Shown: one piece after another, positions 1 through 18,210 of the stretch | How positions within the stretch are numbered: position 1 is the first letter of the stretch | Layout: each line of letters starts with the position of its first letter | Source of the DNA: the human T2T-CHM13v2.0 reference genome, Homo sapiens | DNA length: 64,000 bases | Reading direction: 5' to 3' (one strand) | NCBI RefSeq assembly: GCF_009914755.1 | Contig: NC_060940.1 | Translations under genes and position numbers: made by a program | Notes under the pieces: model-generated | What the model saw: the letters and a program-made list of their open reading frames with translations, nothing else | The model's database searches: none | Told to the model about the DNA's origin: nothing

Positions 1-460
1 GATGAGAGAGGTGCACACATAATGAACAGTACCTGTGCTGCGATGCCAAAGCTGCATGAACCATATGCCAGCAGTCAGTGTATAGCAAGTCCAAACTTTG
101 GAACTGTGAGTGGACTCAAGCCAGCCAGTATGTTAGAGAAAAACTGCAGTTTGCAAACAGAACTGAATAAGTCTTATGATGTAAAAAACCCTTCTCCTTT
201 ATTGATGCAAAACCAGAATACGAGACAGCAGATGGACACACCTATGGTGTCCTGTGGAAATGAACAATTTTTGGATAACAGTTTTGAGAAAGTTAAACGG
301 AGACTTGATTTAGATATTGATGGTTTGCAAAAAGAAAACTGCCCTTATGTCATAACAAGTGGAATAACTGAACAAGAAAGGCAACATTTGCCAGAAAAAA
401 GATACCCTAAGGGATCTGGCTTCGTTAACAAGAATAAAATGTTAGGAACTAGTTCCAAAG
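1..460 (+). CDS. CCP110: CCP110 large internal coding exon (3' part; begins before window), about residues 487-639
   Basis: Open frame from nt 1 ([17 protein letters not shown]...[14 protein letters not shown]...LGTSSK) ending at donor AAG|gtaagg (460/461), phase 1. Counting back from the stop gives R586 for the RRL motif, matching the known CP110 RxL motif. Confidence 0.96.
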
Positions 461-627
461 GTAAGGAATCTTTGAAGCGTTTGATACCTTCTATGCAGAT
501 ACCTTTATTTTAATACTCTTAATTGACATTTTTGGGAAAAAAGTGGTCTTTATTCATATGGGCACTTAATTTTATTTATCTTATTAGAAAGCATATTAGT
601 CAGCTACAGTTTATTGCCATTTGATAG

Positions 628-2956
<2,329 letters not shown>

Positions 2957-3529
2957 ATACTTGGTATTTGTACATTTCAACATGTCTTACCACATTCTAT
3001 TTAGGAAGCTTGTATTGTCATAATGTTTTCTCTTAGTTAGTAACTAAATATCTGGAATTTTAACGTCCAGTCCTTTTTGAAACCTCAAGCTGAGAAAGCT
3101 TTATACCATCAAGGAAACACTTTCTTTGAAAATCAAAACAAGGCAAAACTACAAGCTACACTACCAGAGATCCTGGAGGACAAGTGTCAAAAAAACAAAT
3201 GATGGTAGGATGCAGTTGAGGACCACATCTGAAAGTTAAGTAGAGTCAGGAGAATCTTGTCTGAATATATAGTCCTGGGTCTGTCATTTCAGATCAGGAT
3301 GGGATCTGTTGAATGAGTGGGTAAAGGTGATGCAATACAGGTCTTACTTTATTGAGTAGCATGAAATAAAAGGAGTGTGGTTCGAAGTAGAGACCCAGCT
3401 ATATCTTGATTGTATTATGTCAGATCCAGGAATACTCTCTTGTCAGAAGGATAATTTAAATTGATGGTATAAAATATCAGACATTAGACTTGTGAATTTT
3501 CTAAACTGAGGAAACATGTTTCTTTTCAG

Positions 3530-3660
3530 AAAGCGAGGAGTTACTAAAAAGCAAGATGTTAGCTTTTGAAGAAATGCGGAAGAGACTAGAAGAACAGCAC
3601 GCCCAGCAATTATCACTACTCATAGCTGAGCAGGAAAGGGAACAAGAAAGACTGCAAAAG
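3530..3660 (+). CDS. CCP110: CCP110 coding exon ([44 protein letters not shown]), coiled coil
   Basis: ttttcag| acceptor, AAG|gtgagg donor, 131 nt, phase 1 to 0. Confidence 0.96.
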
Positions 3661-3977
3661 GTGAGGAATGTGGAGGGAGATACAACTGGTAAGTGAAATT
3701 TAGCCAAGGATACCTATGAATTTTGGTCATGTATAGAATACGTGTAATTTTTGCCTCCATATATCTTAAGGTAAGGGAGTCATTTTGATACGTGAATGGT
3801 ATTTTTTGTCAAAATATGAATTTTGATATTTAGATCCTTATCTAAAAGTAATTGCATAATTTATCGAGAATATTTTATTGAATCCTTGATTTAAAGCTTA
3901 ATATTTTAAAAAGGTATTTTATAAATAGGTGCTAAAGTACACATTCTGCAGGAGTTGTATCATAAAAATGACACTCA

Positions 3978-4683
<706 letters not shown>

Positions 4684-4757
4684 CTAAGCCTAAAATGATA
4701 TCATTTTGGGACATAATTAAAAGGTTTAGCATGTTACAATAAACTGTTCATGTATAG

Positions 4758-4935
4758 GAAATAGAAGAGCAGGAGAAAATGTTAAAAGAGAAGAAGGCAA
4801 TGACAGCGGAAGCCTCTGAGTTGGACATTAACAATGCAGTGGAATTAGAATGGAGAAAAATAAGTGACTCTAGTTTGCTGGAAACAATGCTGTCTCAAGC
4901 GGACTCACTCCATACTTCAAATTCAAATAGTTCTG
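4758..4935 (+). CDS. CCP110: CCP110 coding exon ([13 protein letters not shown]...SNSNSS)
   Basis: tgtatag| acceptor, CTG|gtaaat donor, 178 nt, phase 0 to 1. Confidence 0.95.
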
Positions 4936-5491
4936 GTAAATATTTAAAAATCCTTTTACATTTGGGAAAGTGATCCTACGGTAAGATATTTATTTGGCAC
5001 ACTATAAGATTATATCTCCTGTTTTCAAATGATTCCATGTCCAACCCTCTTTGCCAGCTGCTTAGTAACCAGTGAAAAATGACATGATAGGAGATCAAAG
5101 ACTTGTGAGCAGATGTTTGTGAACAAAGATTACCTTTGCCAGGAAAAGATCAGGAAATTTGGCTTAGAGCCCAGTCTGATCATTCATGCAGCAGGTGATA
5201 TACTTCAAGTGAAAACAGTTTGCTCTCTCCTGAGTGATCTTGAATTACCTCTAATTCCCTAGTCCCTTTAAATAGCTTATCTTCATATCTCAATTATCCT
5301 GAGATGCTGTTTGTGTTGAAAAGATCCACCTGGTATGTAAGCTTTAAAGTCCATAAATATTTTAAGTCGGCAGGTAGGTCATTTTTGGAGGCAGTTGTTA
5401 TTCTTAATGAGTGTCACAAGTGTTTATTGGGATGTTCTTCGTATTCTAATTATATGACATCAAGTATAATACTATATGTATGTTTCTCTAG

Positions 5492-5631
5492 GTTTCACAA
5501 ATTCTGCCATGCAATATAGCTTTGTTTCTGCAAACGAAGCACCATTCTACCTCTGGGGATCATCAACTAGTGGCTTGACCAAACTCTCAGTAACAAGGCC
5601 TTTTGGAAGAGCCAAAACTAGATGGTCTCAA
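5492..5631 (+). CDS. CCP110: CCP110 coding exon ([11 protein letters not shown]...RAKTRWSQ)
   Basis: tttctctag| acceptor, CAA|gtgggt donor, 140 nt, phase 1 to 0. Confidence 0.94.
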
Positions 5632-5748
5632 GTGGGTAAACTTAATGATACATGTCCATCTATCTATTTATCTTTTCTTAAGAGCTATATTATCTTAGAC
5701 TGTATAAATGAACACCAATAAACATTGTGTCTGTCTTCTTTCTCCTAG

Positions 5749-5865
5749 GTTTTTAGTCTGGAAATACAAGCAAAATTTAACAAAATAACTGCAGTGGCAA
5801 AAGGATTTCTTACTCGTAGACTTATGCAGACAGATAAGCTGAAGCAACTTCGACAAACTGTAAAA
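5749..5865 (+). CDS. CCP110: CCP110 coding exon ([39 protein letters not shown])
   Basis: ctttctcctag| acceptor, AAA|gtaaga donor, 117 nt. Confidence 0.95.
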
Positions 5866-6005
5866 GTAAGATTCCTGTAAATCGTTTGTATTTCACTTCT
5901 GTCTTAGTTTCTATCAGTCTTGTGACAGCTGAGCTAACAGATTAGTTCAGAACTTAAACGCTTTTTAGTCACTGTAATCTAGGCAGTTTTAGAAGTCTGA
6001 TTGTT

Positions 6006-7114
6006 TGTTGCGGGAAGTCAGGGACCCCGAATGGAGGGACCAGCTGGAGCCGCAGCAAAGGAATATAAATTGTGAAGATTTCATTTTAATATGGACATAT
6101 ATCAGTTCCCAAATAACACTTTTATAATTTCTTACTCCTGTCTTTACTTCAATTGCTGAACATAAATTGTGAAGATTTCATTTTAATATGGACATTTATC
6201 AGTTCCCAAAATTAATACTTTTATAATTTCTTATGCCTGTCTTTAATCTCTTAATCCTGTTATCTTCATAAGCTGAGGATGTAGGTCACCTCAGGACCAC
6301 TATTGTGTTAACTCTACAAATTGATTGCAAAACATGTGTGTTTGAACAATAGGAAATCAGTGCAACTTGAAAAAGAACAGAATAACAGCGTTTTTCAGGG
6401 AACAAGGGAAGACAACCATAACTGACTGCCTGCGAGGTCGGGCAAAATAGAGCCATATTTTTCGTCTTGCAGAGAGCCTATAAACGGACGTGCAAGTAGG
6501 GAAGATATTGCTAAATTCTTTTCCTAGCAAGGAATATTAATAATTAATACCCTGGGGAAGGAATGCATCCCTGGGGGGAGGTATATAAACGGCCACTCTG
6601 GGAGTATCTGTCTTATGCGGTTGAGATAAGGACTAAAATATGCCCTGGTCTCCTGCAGTACCCTCAGGCTTACTAGGATTGGGAAATTCCACCCTGGTAA
6701 ATTTGTGGTCGGACCAGTTCTCTGCTCTCAAACCCTGTTTCCTTTTAAGATGTTTATCAAGACAATACGTGCACAGCTGGAACATAGACCCTTATCAGTA
6801 GTTCTGATTTTGCCCTTGTCCTGTTTCCTCAGAAGCATGTGATCTTTGTTCTCCTTTTTGCCCTTTGAAGCATGTGATCTTTGTGACCTACTCCCTGTTC
6901 TTGCACCCCCTCCCCTTTTGAAATCCTTAATGAAACTTGCTGGCTTTAAGGCTCAGGTGGGCATCATGGTCCTACCAATATGTGATGTCCCCCTCGGACG
7001 CCCAGCAGTAAAATTCCTCTCTTTGTACTCTTTCTCTTTATTTCTCATCTGGCTGACACTTATGAAAAATAGAAAGAACCTATGTTGAAATATTGGGGGC
7101 TGGTCCCCCCAATA
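6006..7114 (+). mobile_element. MER11-family solo LTR (HERV-K/HML-8 type)
   Basis: Starts TGTTGCGGGAAGTCAGGGACCCC, ends TATTGGGGGCTGGTCCCCCCAATA; internal ~100-bp duplication (ATAAATTGTGAAGATTTCATTTTAATATGGACAT twice); 6-bp TSD ATTGTT/ATCGTT. Confidence 0.88.
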
Positions 7115-7240
7115 ATCGTTAATCTTTCTCAGATAATATTATGAATAACATGTAAATGAAGCAGTTTGTGTGTTTTTGACTTGCTTGAAAGTGAGTGGTT
7201 TGACTTCTGATAAGTAATAGTTTTATTTATGTTCTTAGTA

Positions 7241-7573
7241 CAGTCGGTCCTCTATCTCTGGGTTCCACATCTGTGGATTCAACGAACCATGGATCAAAAA
7301 TAATTCAGAAAAAACAAATGATGGTTGTGTCTGTACTGAACATGTACAAATTTTTTTTCCTTGTCATTATTTCCTAAACAATATAACAACTATTTACATA
7401 GCATGTACATTTATTAGGTATTTTAACTAATCTAGAGATGATTTAAAGTATATGGGAGATGTGCTTAGGTTATATGCAGATAACTATTTTATATAAGGGA
7501 CTCCAGCATCCTTGGATTTTGGTATCTGAGGGATTCATGGAACCAGTCCCCCACAGATACTGACGAAAGACTG
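7241..7573 (-). mobile_element. MER2 (Tigger-family non-autonomous DNA transposon)
   Basis: CAGTC...GACTG terminal inverted repeats flanked by TA on both sides. Confidence 0.8.
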
Positions 7574-7668
7574 TAATTTTGGATTGACTGAGAAAAAGAA
7601 AAAAGCAAACTCCAGTGATCACAAATCTTTCTAGAAAAATGTTTTTGAAGGAGCATTTCTTTTTTCAG

Positions 7669-7770
7669 GATACTATGGAATTCATAAGAAGTTTTCAGTC
7701 AGAAGCACCATTAAAGAGAGGCATTGTTTCAGCTCAAGATGCTTCACTTCAGGAAAGAGTGTTAGCTCAG
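7669..7770 (+). CDS. CCP110: CCP110 coding exon ([34 protein letters not shown])
   Basis: tttttcag| acceptor, CAG|gtaaat donor, 102 nt. Confidence 0.95.
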
Positions 7771-7965
7771 GTAAATACATGGATCCTGAAGGCTTTTAAG
7801 ACATGGACATATTATATTTCTCCTTTTTTATTTAATCACTGAAAATAGGTTTCAATGAAAACTATTTTAATCTTTTTCTATAAATAAGTGTACATGGTAT
7901 ATAGTATTCCTGAACTCTAACCTCATCTTTTAAATGTATACAATATTTTCTTCTCTTGTGCCTAG

Positions 7966-8082
7966 TTGCGAGCTGCCTTGTACGGTATTCATGACATATT
8001 CTTTGTAATGGATGCAGCTGAAAGAATGTCTATTCTACATCATGATCGAGAAGTTCGCAAAGAGAAAATGCTCAGGCAAATG
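7966..8082 (+). CDS. CCP110: CCP110 coding exon ([39 protein letters not shown])
   Basis: cttgtgcctag| acceptor, ATG|gtatgt donor, 117 nt. Confidence 0.95.
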
Positions 8083-8688
8083 GTATGTTATATGATTTCT
8101 AATGAATAGAGTTCTTCTGGGTTTAGGGTAATTGATACTAAATGTCAGTTTTGGTTGACTTCAGCACCCTTCTTCTGATAATTCTTAAGCACAAGTAATT
8201 CCTGGAATTACTAGCAGCATTTAAATCTGTAGACAGATTTAAAAGAATTACATCATTTAAGAATTACATATTGTTTTCTTATTGGATTTTAGAGTTGAAG
8301 CTTTGAATGTTTTGCTCAGATGGCTTATACAATCTATCAGCTGCTCCTGATTGAATTTCCTTGAATTCAATTATAATGTGGGTTTTGCTTTTTTTGAAAT
8401 CTGAGTTAGAAAACAGGCTCCAAGTTAATTTGAAGTATATCAGAGTATGTGATTTGAATCAGTTATCTTAGTGTGATTGGCAAAGGAAAAGCAAGCAAAA
8501 TTTACATAATTCTAATTATTTAATTCTTAGAATTAGACTGCTTCAAAAATACAAAACAAGATGATTTAACTAAATTAAAAATGTTAGTAGAGAGAAGCTT
8601 TTCCAGGCAATGTGGGATTATAATACATTATAATATAGTGGTATTAATTGGTTCCAGTAGAGTTTGACGTTACTTTTGTATATTAAAG

Positions 8689-8762
8689 GATAAAATGAAA
8701 AGTCCACGAGTGGCTCTTTCAGCTGCAACACAGAAGTCTCTTGATAGGAAGAAATACATGAA
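8689..8762 (+). CDS. CCP110: CCP110 coding exon ([25 protein letters not shown])
   Basis: tattaaag| acceptor (weak AAG), GAA|gtaagt donor, 74 nt, phase 0 to 2. Confidence 0.93.
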
Positions 8763-9283
8763 GTAAGTTTTTTGTATCATGTCATGTTAGTTATCAAACC
8801 AATTAATTTTAGTCATCTGTTGGTCTATTTGCATATTTAAATTTAGAAATAAAGAGTTAATTTTTCTGCAGTTGAGCTGATAGAAATCCCCTTTATATAA
8901 AGAAATTTATTAAAATCAGGTGCTAAAATCTCATTTCATCTTAGATGAATTTATTTACTAAATTTGACAACATTCAACTCATATAACTGATAGCTGGTTA
9001 ATCTTAAAAACAGTTAATCTTTATATTCAGTGCCTAAATATATTCCTTTTCTGATGTCCTAAAGGTTTCTTGGGAATAAAGACTTAATGGGAAAAATATC
9101 TTAATAACTTTTTTAAAAAATTCTTCTTTCTTGAATGCAGTCTTTAATATGCTTAGTACAGGTCTTCCAGTAGTACACCAGCTTCTAAATGATGATTTGT
9201 TTCTGTCATCCTGTATTACATTTGTAAGCATGTTTTCTTCCCTTCTCTAAATACATTATGTCCTTATTTTTATATTGTGTTAG

Positions 9284-9346
9284 AGCTGCTGAAATGGGAA
9301 TGCCAAATAAGAAATTTCTGGTTAAACAAAATCCTTCTGAAACAAG
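9284..9346 (+). CDS. CCP110: CCP110 coding exon ([21 protein letters not shown])
   Basis: tgtgttag| acceptor, AAG|gtgaga donor, 63 nt, phase 2 to 2. Confidence 0.93.
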
Positions 9347-9406
9347 GTGAGAAAAATCACTTAGTCTTAATGAGAGGCTTTTTGTTTTTTATAGAAAAAA
9401 AAAATT

Positions 9407-10440
<1,034 letters not shown>

Positions 10441-10826
10441 AGCTAAAAAGCGAACTTTAATATTTCTGACCTGTTTTTTACTCCTGTAAAATGAGAGTGA
10501 TACTTTCTTCTCTCACTGGTTTGAAGGGAAAAGTTAGCTTTTGTAAAGCATATGTATAAGAAAATTATCTAAAAGCACAAGGGTTAGTCTATATGTTGGA
10601 CATTTCTTTGCTGATAAAAACCTAAGGTTTGGACTCTTAGTGAGCAAAATACAAGTATCATATTAATATGCTTTAGTCGATTTGCTCTGATTTGTGGTAA
10701 TATATAGGCCATATTATTGCATAGTTGACCTTTACCTTACAGTCATCATCTTTCATCCGTTGAAAGAAAATGGGAAAAAATGGAATTTAACCTATTAAAT
10801 TAATTTTTCATTTAATTTGTCAACAG

Positions 10827-10886
10827 AGTCCTTCAGCCAAACCAAGGACAGAATGCACCTGTTCATAGGCTACTTAGTAGACAAGG
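10827..10886 (+). CDS. CCP110: CCP110 coding exon (VLQPNQGQNAPVHRLLSRQG)
   Basis: tcaacag| acceptor, AGG|gtaaga donor, 60 nt, phase 2 to 2. Confidence 0.93.
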
Positions 10887-11386
10887 GTAAGAATGCCACA
10901 CACGGGTATTGAAAACTACGGAAACCAAGATTAGATTTGAGAGGGAAAAATAAATCTAGTGTTCTTTATGTAAAGGATAATGGTTTTTCAATGGGATTTT
11001 TTTTCTTTATAGCATTGGGAAAGATATTTTAAAGTTTTGTCTTCAAATGTAACCCTCTTGGTGTACTGTTGTGTATTCTAATTACTGTCTTAAGTTGGGA
11101 TGTTTTTACTTTTCATTTCATACCATTTTACTCATAAAGTATTTTAAATATCCATATAGTAAATTCAGCATCACCGAAGTGATTCTCCAACAGAGTATGA
11201 CTCGTGCTTATAGTCTCCTGCTGAAGCCAGAGTTTAGCTTTCCTTACTGTGCGCATGCATGAGACTTCAGTTCTTTTCAAGCTTATTTGTGCTTTGGACA
11301 GTTGATGCAATGTGATTGCTTTCTTTGAATTTTGAACATTTAGACCTTAATGCCAGTGACTTATTAATTTTTTTATATTCAATTAG

Positions 11387-11472
11387 AACCCCTAAGACAT
11401 CAGTGAAGGGGGTTGTGCAAAATAGACAGAAGCCTTCACAGAGCAGAGTGCCTAACAGAGTGCCTGTTTCAG
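11387..11472 (+). CDS. CCP110: CCP110 cassette exon ([28 protein letters not shown]), frame-switching
   Basis: aattag| acceptor, CAG|gtttgt donor, 86 nt (not a multiple of 3), phase 2 to 1. Confidence 0.9.
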
Positions 11473-13020
11473 GTTTGTAGAAAATAAATTCCTGAAGCCC
11501 ATTCAATAGAAGGAAGTGCACAAGCTGCCCCATAACTCAGGCCATAGAAGTGGAATAGATTGTCTTTCCTTGCCACCATAATTTTGGCATATTCACAGTC
11601 ATCTTATTAGTGTTCTTTGGTCTTAGCATTGTATGGCAGTCAGGAAGTCTTAGTAAAAGTGTGATTCCAGTCTTCATTTCTATAATATTTCTGTGGAAAG
11701 CACCTTGTATTTTTCATTCTGAAAAAATTGTAGAATTTGCCATGCTTAATTCAGAAAACCTTTTTATTTAATGAATAAAAGATAACGATCATCTCTGGTG
11801 CTAAGTCTGTGCATTGTCTGTTCAGCTTGGGGAAGTGTATCTGCACATAAGGGGATAAACTTTCTCCCTCAGACTATAAGATCACATGTGAATATGCCAG
11901 TGGGAGGAGGGCTTCATATTTTGCTCAGTCCAAAGCTTGAGCTAAATCTCTCCTTATGTTCATTATTTGAGGATTAAGAGCTAAACTAAAAACTGTATTT
12001 TAAAATTCTGTTTATGGTGGCAAGAAGACAAACTCATTCTTGAGCAAATTCAAAGCTCTTAACCAAATGCTTTAATATTTTTTAGGTATCTTTGTTAAGA
12101 CACTTTGATTAAGCTCACTTAAAAATTATGTGATCCATTTAAAAATACTTTCCAAATGTTGTGCTTTAACTATACTGCTTTCTAGACATTTACAACAAAC
12201 CTAAATTAATCACCAGGCATTGAAGATTAAACCTTTAATCAATTTTAATCTTTCCATTAATATACAATTAGGCAAATTTTAGAGCTTTATTACTAAGTGA
12301 TTTCCTTCAAATTAGGAGGGAACAAGCTATTGGTCGTAACTTTGAAATGATGGCTGACCTTTTGTATGTATGTAGTGAAGGTAATTCATAGTGTCACACA
12401 TATATAGGATAATTTAAAAGATCATCTTTGGAAATCATTGTGAGTGACAGTTAATGGAATTGTCTTAAAGGATTACATAGCTGAAGATACTGTTTACTCC
12501 AGAGGCAGTCAGAATAAGCTAGTTTGAAAGATAACCATTTGAAAGGACTCAGACCAAACACCAAACCTGTGGAATTTTAAGACATTTTCTGTTTTTCTCA
12601 TGTTAGTATTCTATATTGCACTGAAACTTAGCAAGTTGGAAAATCATTGAGGAATTAGTATTGTTTTGCCTGATACCAATTTGCCACAGTGACTACTCTC
12701 CATGTTCTTTTCTCATGCATTTCATCTCCACTATTTGTCACTTGTGAACTTATAAGCAAAATAGCAAGTACTGTTTTTATTCAGCAATACTCAACAGTAT
12801 AAAGGATGTATAGTCAGTCACTGAAGTTAGTAACATACAATGAAGTTCATTATTTTGAACTATTGAGGTTAAATTGCATTGCAACATACTTATTAATACA
12901 AATGAACTTAACCCTTGAATTAATATGTATCTAAACAAGTACAAAAGTCTGTTGCTGTTGTTTTCTAAAGATTTACTTATACATGAGTGCATATTTAGAC
13001 AATTGAAAGAAACTAAATAA

Positions 13021-13325
<305 letters not shown>

Positions 13326-14067
13326 GAATTGTATTCTTTTATATAAACTGAGAGTTTGGGATATTGGCTGGTTAAAATGCTAACTATGAATCTGAACACA
13401 GGAACTCACTGTCGCTCTTGAAAAGATTACTCTTTCCTGCTTAGAGTTTTAATGGTCTGAATTATGTTTTAAACAAATTTGAAATTATGTTCTGATTTGC
13501 TCTAAATGGAGGCAAATCCTTTGTTAAGCAATTTATAGAAAACTAACTTTTCTTATGATAGAATATCATACTCTTAGACTGAAGTAGAATTCTAAAATGT
13601 TAAAGTATGCTGCAAAGCATTTAGTTATTTATAGTTTTACAAACCTAAATTGCAATCTCTGATGTTATCGTAAGTGATCTTTGACTTACGGTTTTAAAAC
13701 ACATTTCTTCATTTGATGTTTTGTGCTTGACTAGAGTTTATATAGTGAAATTCAGAAACCACTAATCAAAGCAGAGTAGGAGGTGGTCATGCAAAATGGT
13801 TAAGTAAAATAACACATCAGGTGGACTTGGGTTATCAGAGTTCTTCCTTCTAGCTCTGTTCCTTAGGCAACTGCTCTCCTATGCCTCAGTTTTATTATCC
13901 TTAAAATGGTCATAACAATTTCTACCTCAGGATGATTCATATAAGGATTAAATATGATAATGTATATTGCCTAGCTCAGTGTTTGTTCCAGAGTAAAAAC
14001 TCATTAAATGGTATCATTATAGAAAACCTCCCATTGAGAAGTAATACTGGTTTTGCTCTATTTTTAG

Positions 14068-14120
14068 GAGTATATGCAGGAAAAATCCAAAGAAAGCGGC
14101 CAAATGTTGCGACAATTTAA
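14068..14120 (+). CDS. CCP110: CCP110 terminal exon, long-isoform frame (GVYAGKIQRKRPNVATI*)
   Basis: tttttag| acceptor; phase-1 frame stops at TAA 14118-14120; consistent with the 1012-aa CP110 C-terminus. Confidence 0.92.
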
Positions 14121-14143
14121 GAAGACAACATTCATTAGGATAA
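14068..14143 (+). CDS. CCP110: CCP110 terminal exon, exon-skipped frame (GSICRKNPKKAAKCCDNLRRQHSLG*)
   Basis: Phase-2 frame reached when 11387-11472 is skipped; stop TAA 14141-14143; total is 21 aa shorter (991 aa), as recalled for the second CP110 isoform. Confidence 0.88.
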
Positions 14144-14993
14144 AATGGGGGGAAGGATTATTATTCATGTTATTTTCCCTGCCCAAGACTTTATTTAACC
14201 CTGGACTCCGTTTACACAGACAAAGTGACATCAGAAGGCTGAGCACTTATCTGGATCATTTGGTCAGTTTGGTAATTCCTGCTCCACACCCCTATTTTCC
14301 TCTTAATAATACGTTTGGGTGAAGACAAATTAGTGTTTAGTAATTGCATCATCTCTGTGCTTACCTATACAAACATAAGTTTATTTTATATGCCCAGATG
14401 TCTACAGAGACCCTTTTTGTAAATGTCAAGGACATTTGGATTTACTTTTACAGAATATTGAAAAGATAAGACAAATTATAAATAAGTTCTAAAACATAAA
14501 TTTAATTCATCTCTGCATAGTGATTTTTGAATTTGATTCAAAGGGAAATTATTGCAGAAGAATGCCTTTCCCTCATTTTATAACTTTAAAAACTTGGATT
14601 AACCACTCAATGTCCACTTTCTTTGACTTACAGTATAACCATGTAGCCAATTGTGGCCCACTAAAATCTACAGAAGTTAATGTGGGTCACCATTTTGGTC
14701 AGAAGCATACATTCCTGTCAGACAACTAGTTGTCTGACAGAAATGTTAGGCTTCATGTATGTTACCCCAGTACTGTTAGAAACATTTGTACTAGGTTATA
14801 AGATCTTTCTGTGACAGGTAACAAATTTGGGGAAGACAGCACAATCTTCTTGAATGTAGCTCTTGGGAATGCATTATTACATCCATTTCTGTAACATAAT
14901 AATATGTTGCATGCAGTTATATTTTCTATTTAGTCTGTATATTTTGTTCTTCATAGTCTGTTTTTTCTAGCATGCTTGATTTAGGAGAGAATA

Positions 14994-15001
14994 AAGGGCT
15001 A
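14994..15001 (+). promoter_or_regulatory. miR-129-3p 8mer seed match (AAGGGCTA); second 7mer site AAGGGCT at 15500-15506
   Basis: Reverse complement of miR-129-3p seed AGCCCUU; CP110 is an established miR-129-3p target. Confidence 0.7.
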
Positions 15002-15119
15002 TATAATAATAAATCCAGATTTCCGGATAAGAATATTGCCTGGTTAAAATTCTGCATTGCTTAAAGACACCCATGTTTAAGATTTTTCATCACTAACATA
15101 TCCATTAAAAGTATCAACT

Positions 15120-15515
<396 letters not shown>

Positions 15516-16255
15516 TCACATAAAATTGAGACAGTGTATATTTAATCTAATTTAAATTTTAAAGAGATACTGGTATTTTGAAAATGCAACCTATATATAT
15601 TCTTAATATCCTTTTAAGAATATGGAGATGAAGATTGTTTTCTCCAATTTTCTGTGCCATTTTAAATTTAACTTTGACATCCAGCTATAGACAGAAATAA
15701 TAAGCCACCCTGGGTGTAAACTTGATTTTCTTTATTGAGATGTATCATGTATTGAATGAGTGAACCAGAAAATTAGAAGATGGTCAAAAAAAGTCCAAGT
15801 TACCAATTTTTTAAAATTTATAGGCAAAGTATCAAATTGTCTTCTTAATATGATAAACTGTGCTTTATCATTCTGAAAACTCAGGATACAGCTTATTCAT
15901 AGCATTGTGGGTCTCTCCAGTAAGAAAGATGCTAAAAGTTTTGTGCACTTTTTGTGTGTGTAATGCAAATTAGTTAAAACAAATAGTTTTGGAGAAAGTT
16001 AAAACTAGCTTTAGAGTAAGGATGAGAAACTTGAGTGTTTTTAATTTAAAGATAAAAGCCTGTGTTTTACACATTCTTTTTTGGTGTTCATAGCTTCTTC
16101 TCATACAGGTGCCAGACACTGTTTGTGCTTTTGATGGATTTTTATTTATATACTTTTTTTGCTTATTTTTACTTTGAGTGGAATGTTCATTAATGTAAAT
16201 TGTATTTATTTTTATACTTTTATTTTCACTAGTTTTGCTTCTAGGCAAAAAGCAA

Positions 16256-16261
16256 AATAAA
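16256..16261 (+). terminator. CCP110 distal polyadenylation signal
   Basis: AATAAA preceded by TGTA motifs (16194, 16201) and U-rich tracts, followed by a GT/T-rich element (gtttgattgttttt) about 25 nt downstream. Confidence 0.8.
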
Positions 16262-16328
16262 CTTTTCATCTTAAAGAAAATCTAGTTTGATTGTTTTTAT
16301 TTACCAGGGGAAGGACTATTAAGAAATA

Positions 16329-17848
<1,520 letters not shown>

Positions 17849-18210
17849 TAAAATAATTTTTAAAAACGTTCTGTGGTCGAAATGGATATCCACCTTCCTA
17901 GAAACACTGCTTTGCCAAGTTGGACGAAATGCGAACCCTAATTTCCCCACGTGCATTAGCTGTAGTCAATCATATTAGATCTAGGGCAGCCCTCGGTTGC
18001 TAGTCGTGGGAAGGGCATTCTGCAAGTGTCTAAAACCGCCCGCAAAGCAGTGGGTAAAGCAGCGGCCTAGAGGGGGCATGGCTGTCCCACGCCAAACAGC
18101 GTATTAGCCGCAAAACCAGGTACTGGCTGAACCTCAGTTTGCGTCTTCGCTCCGCCGCCTTCTGGAGTCCTTTCTGCCCCTAGAGGACGCAGGTGAGCTA
18201 AGCAGCAGTC

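Noticed and set aside
461-513. ORF 22-513 as a stand-alone 163-aa gene
   Set aside because: It is the CCP110 exon reading past a strong donor at 460
11250-11259. NRF1-like TGCGCATGCA in a CCP110 intron
   Set aside because: Imperfect single motif outside any CpG-rich context
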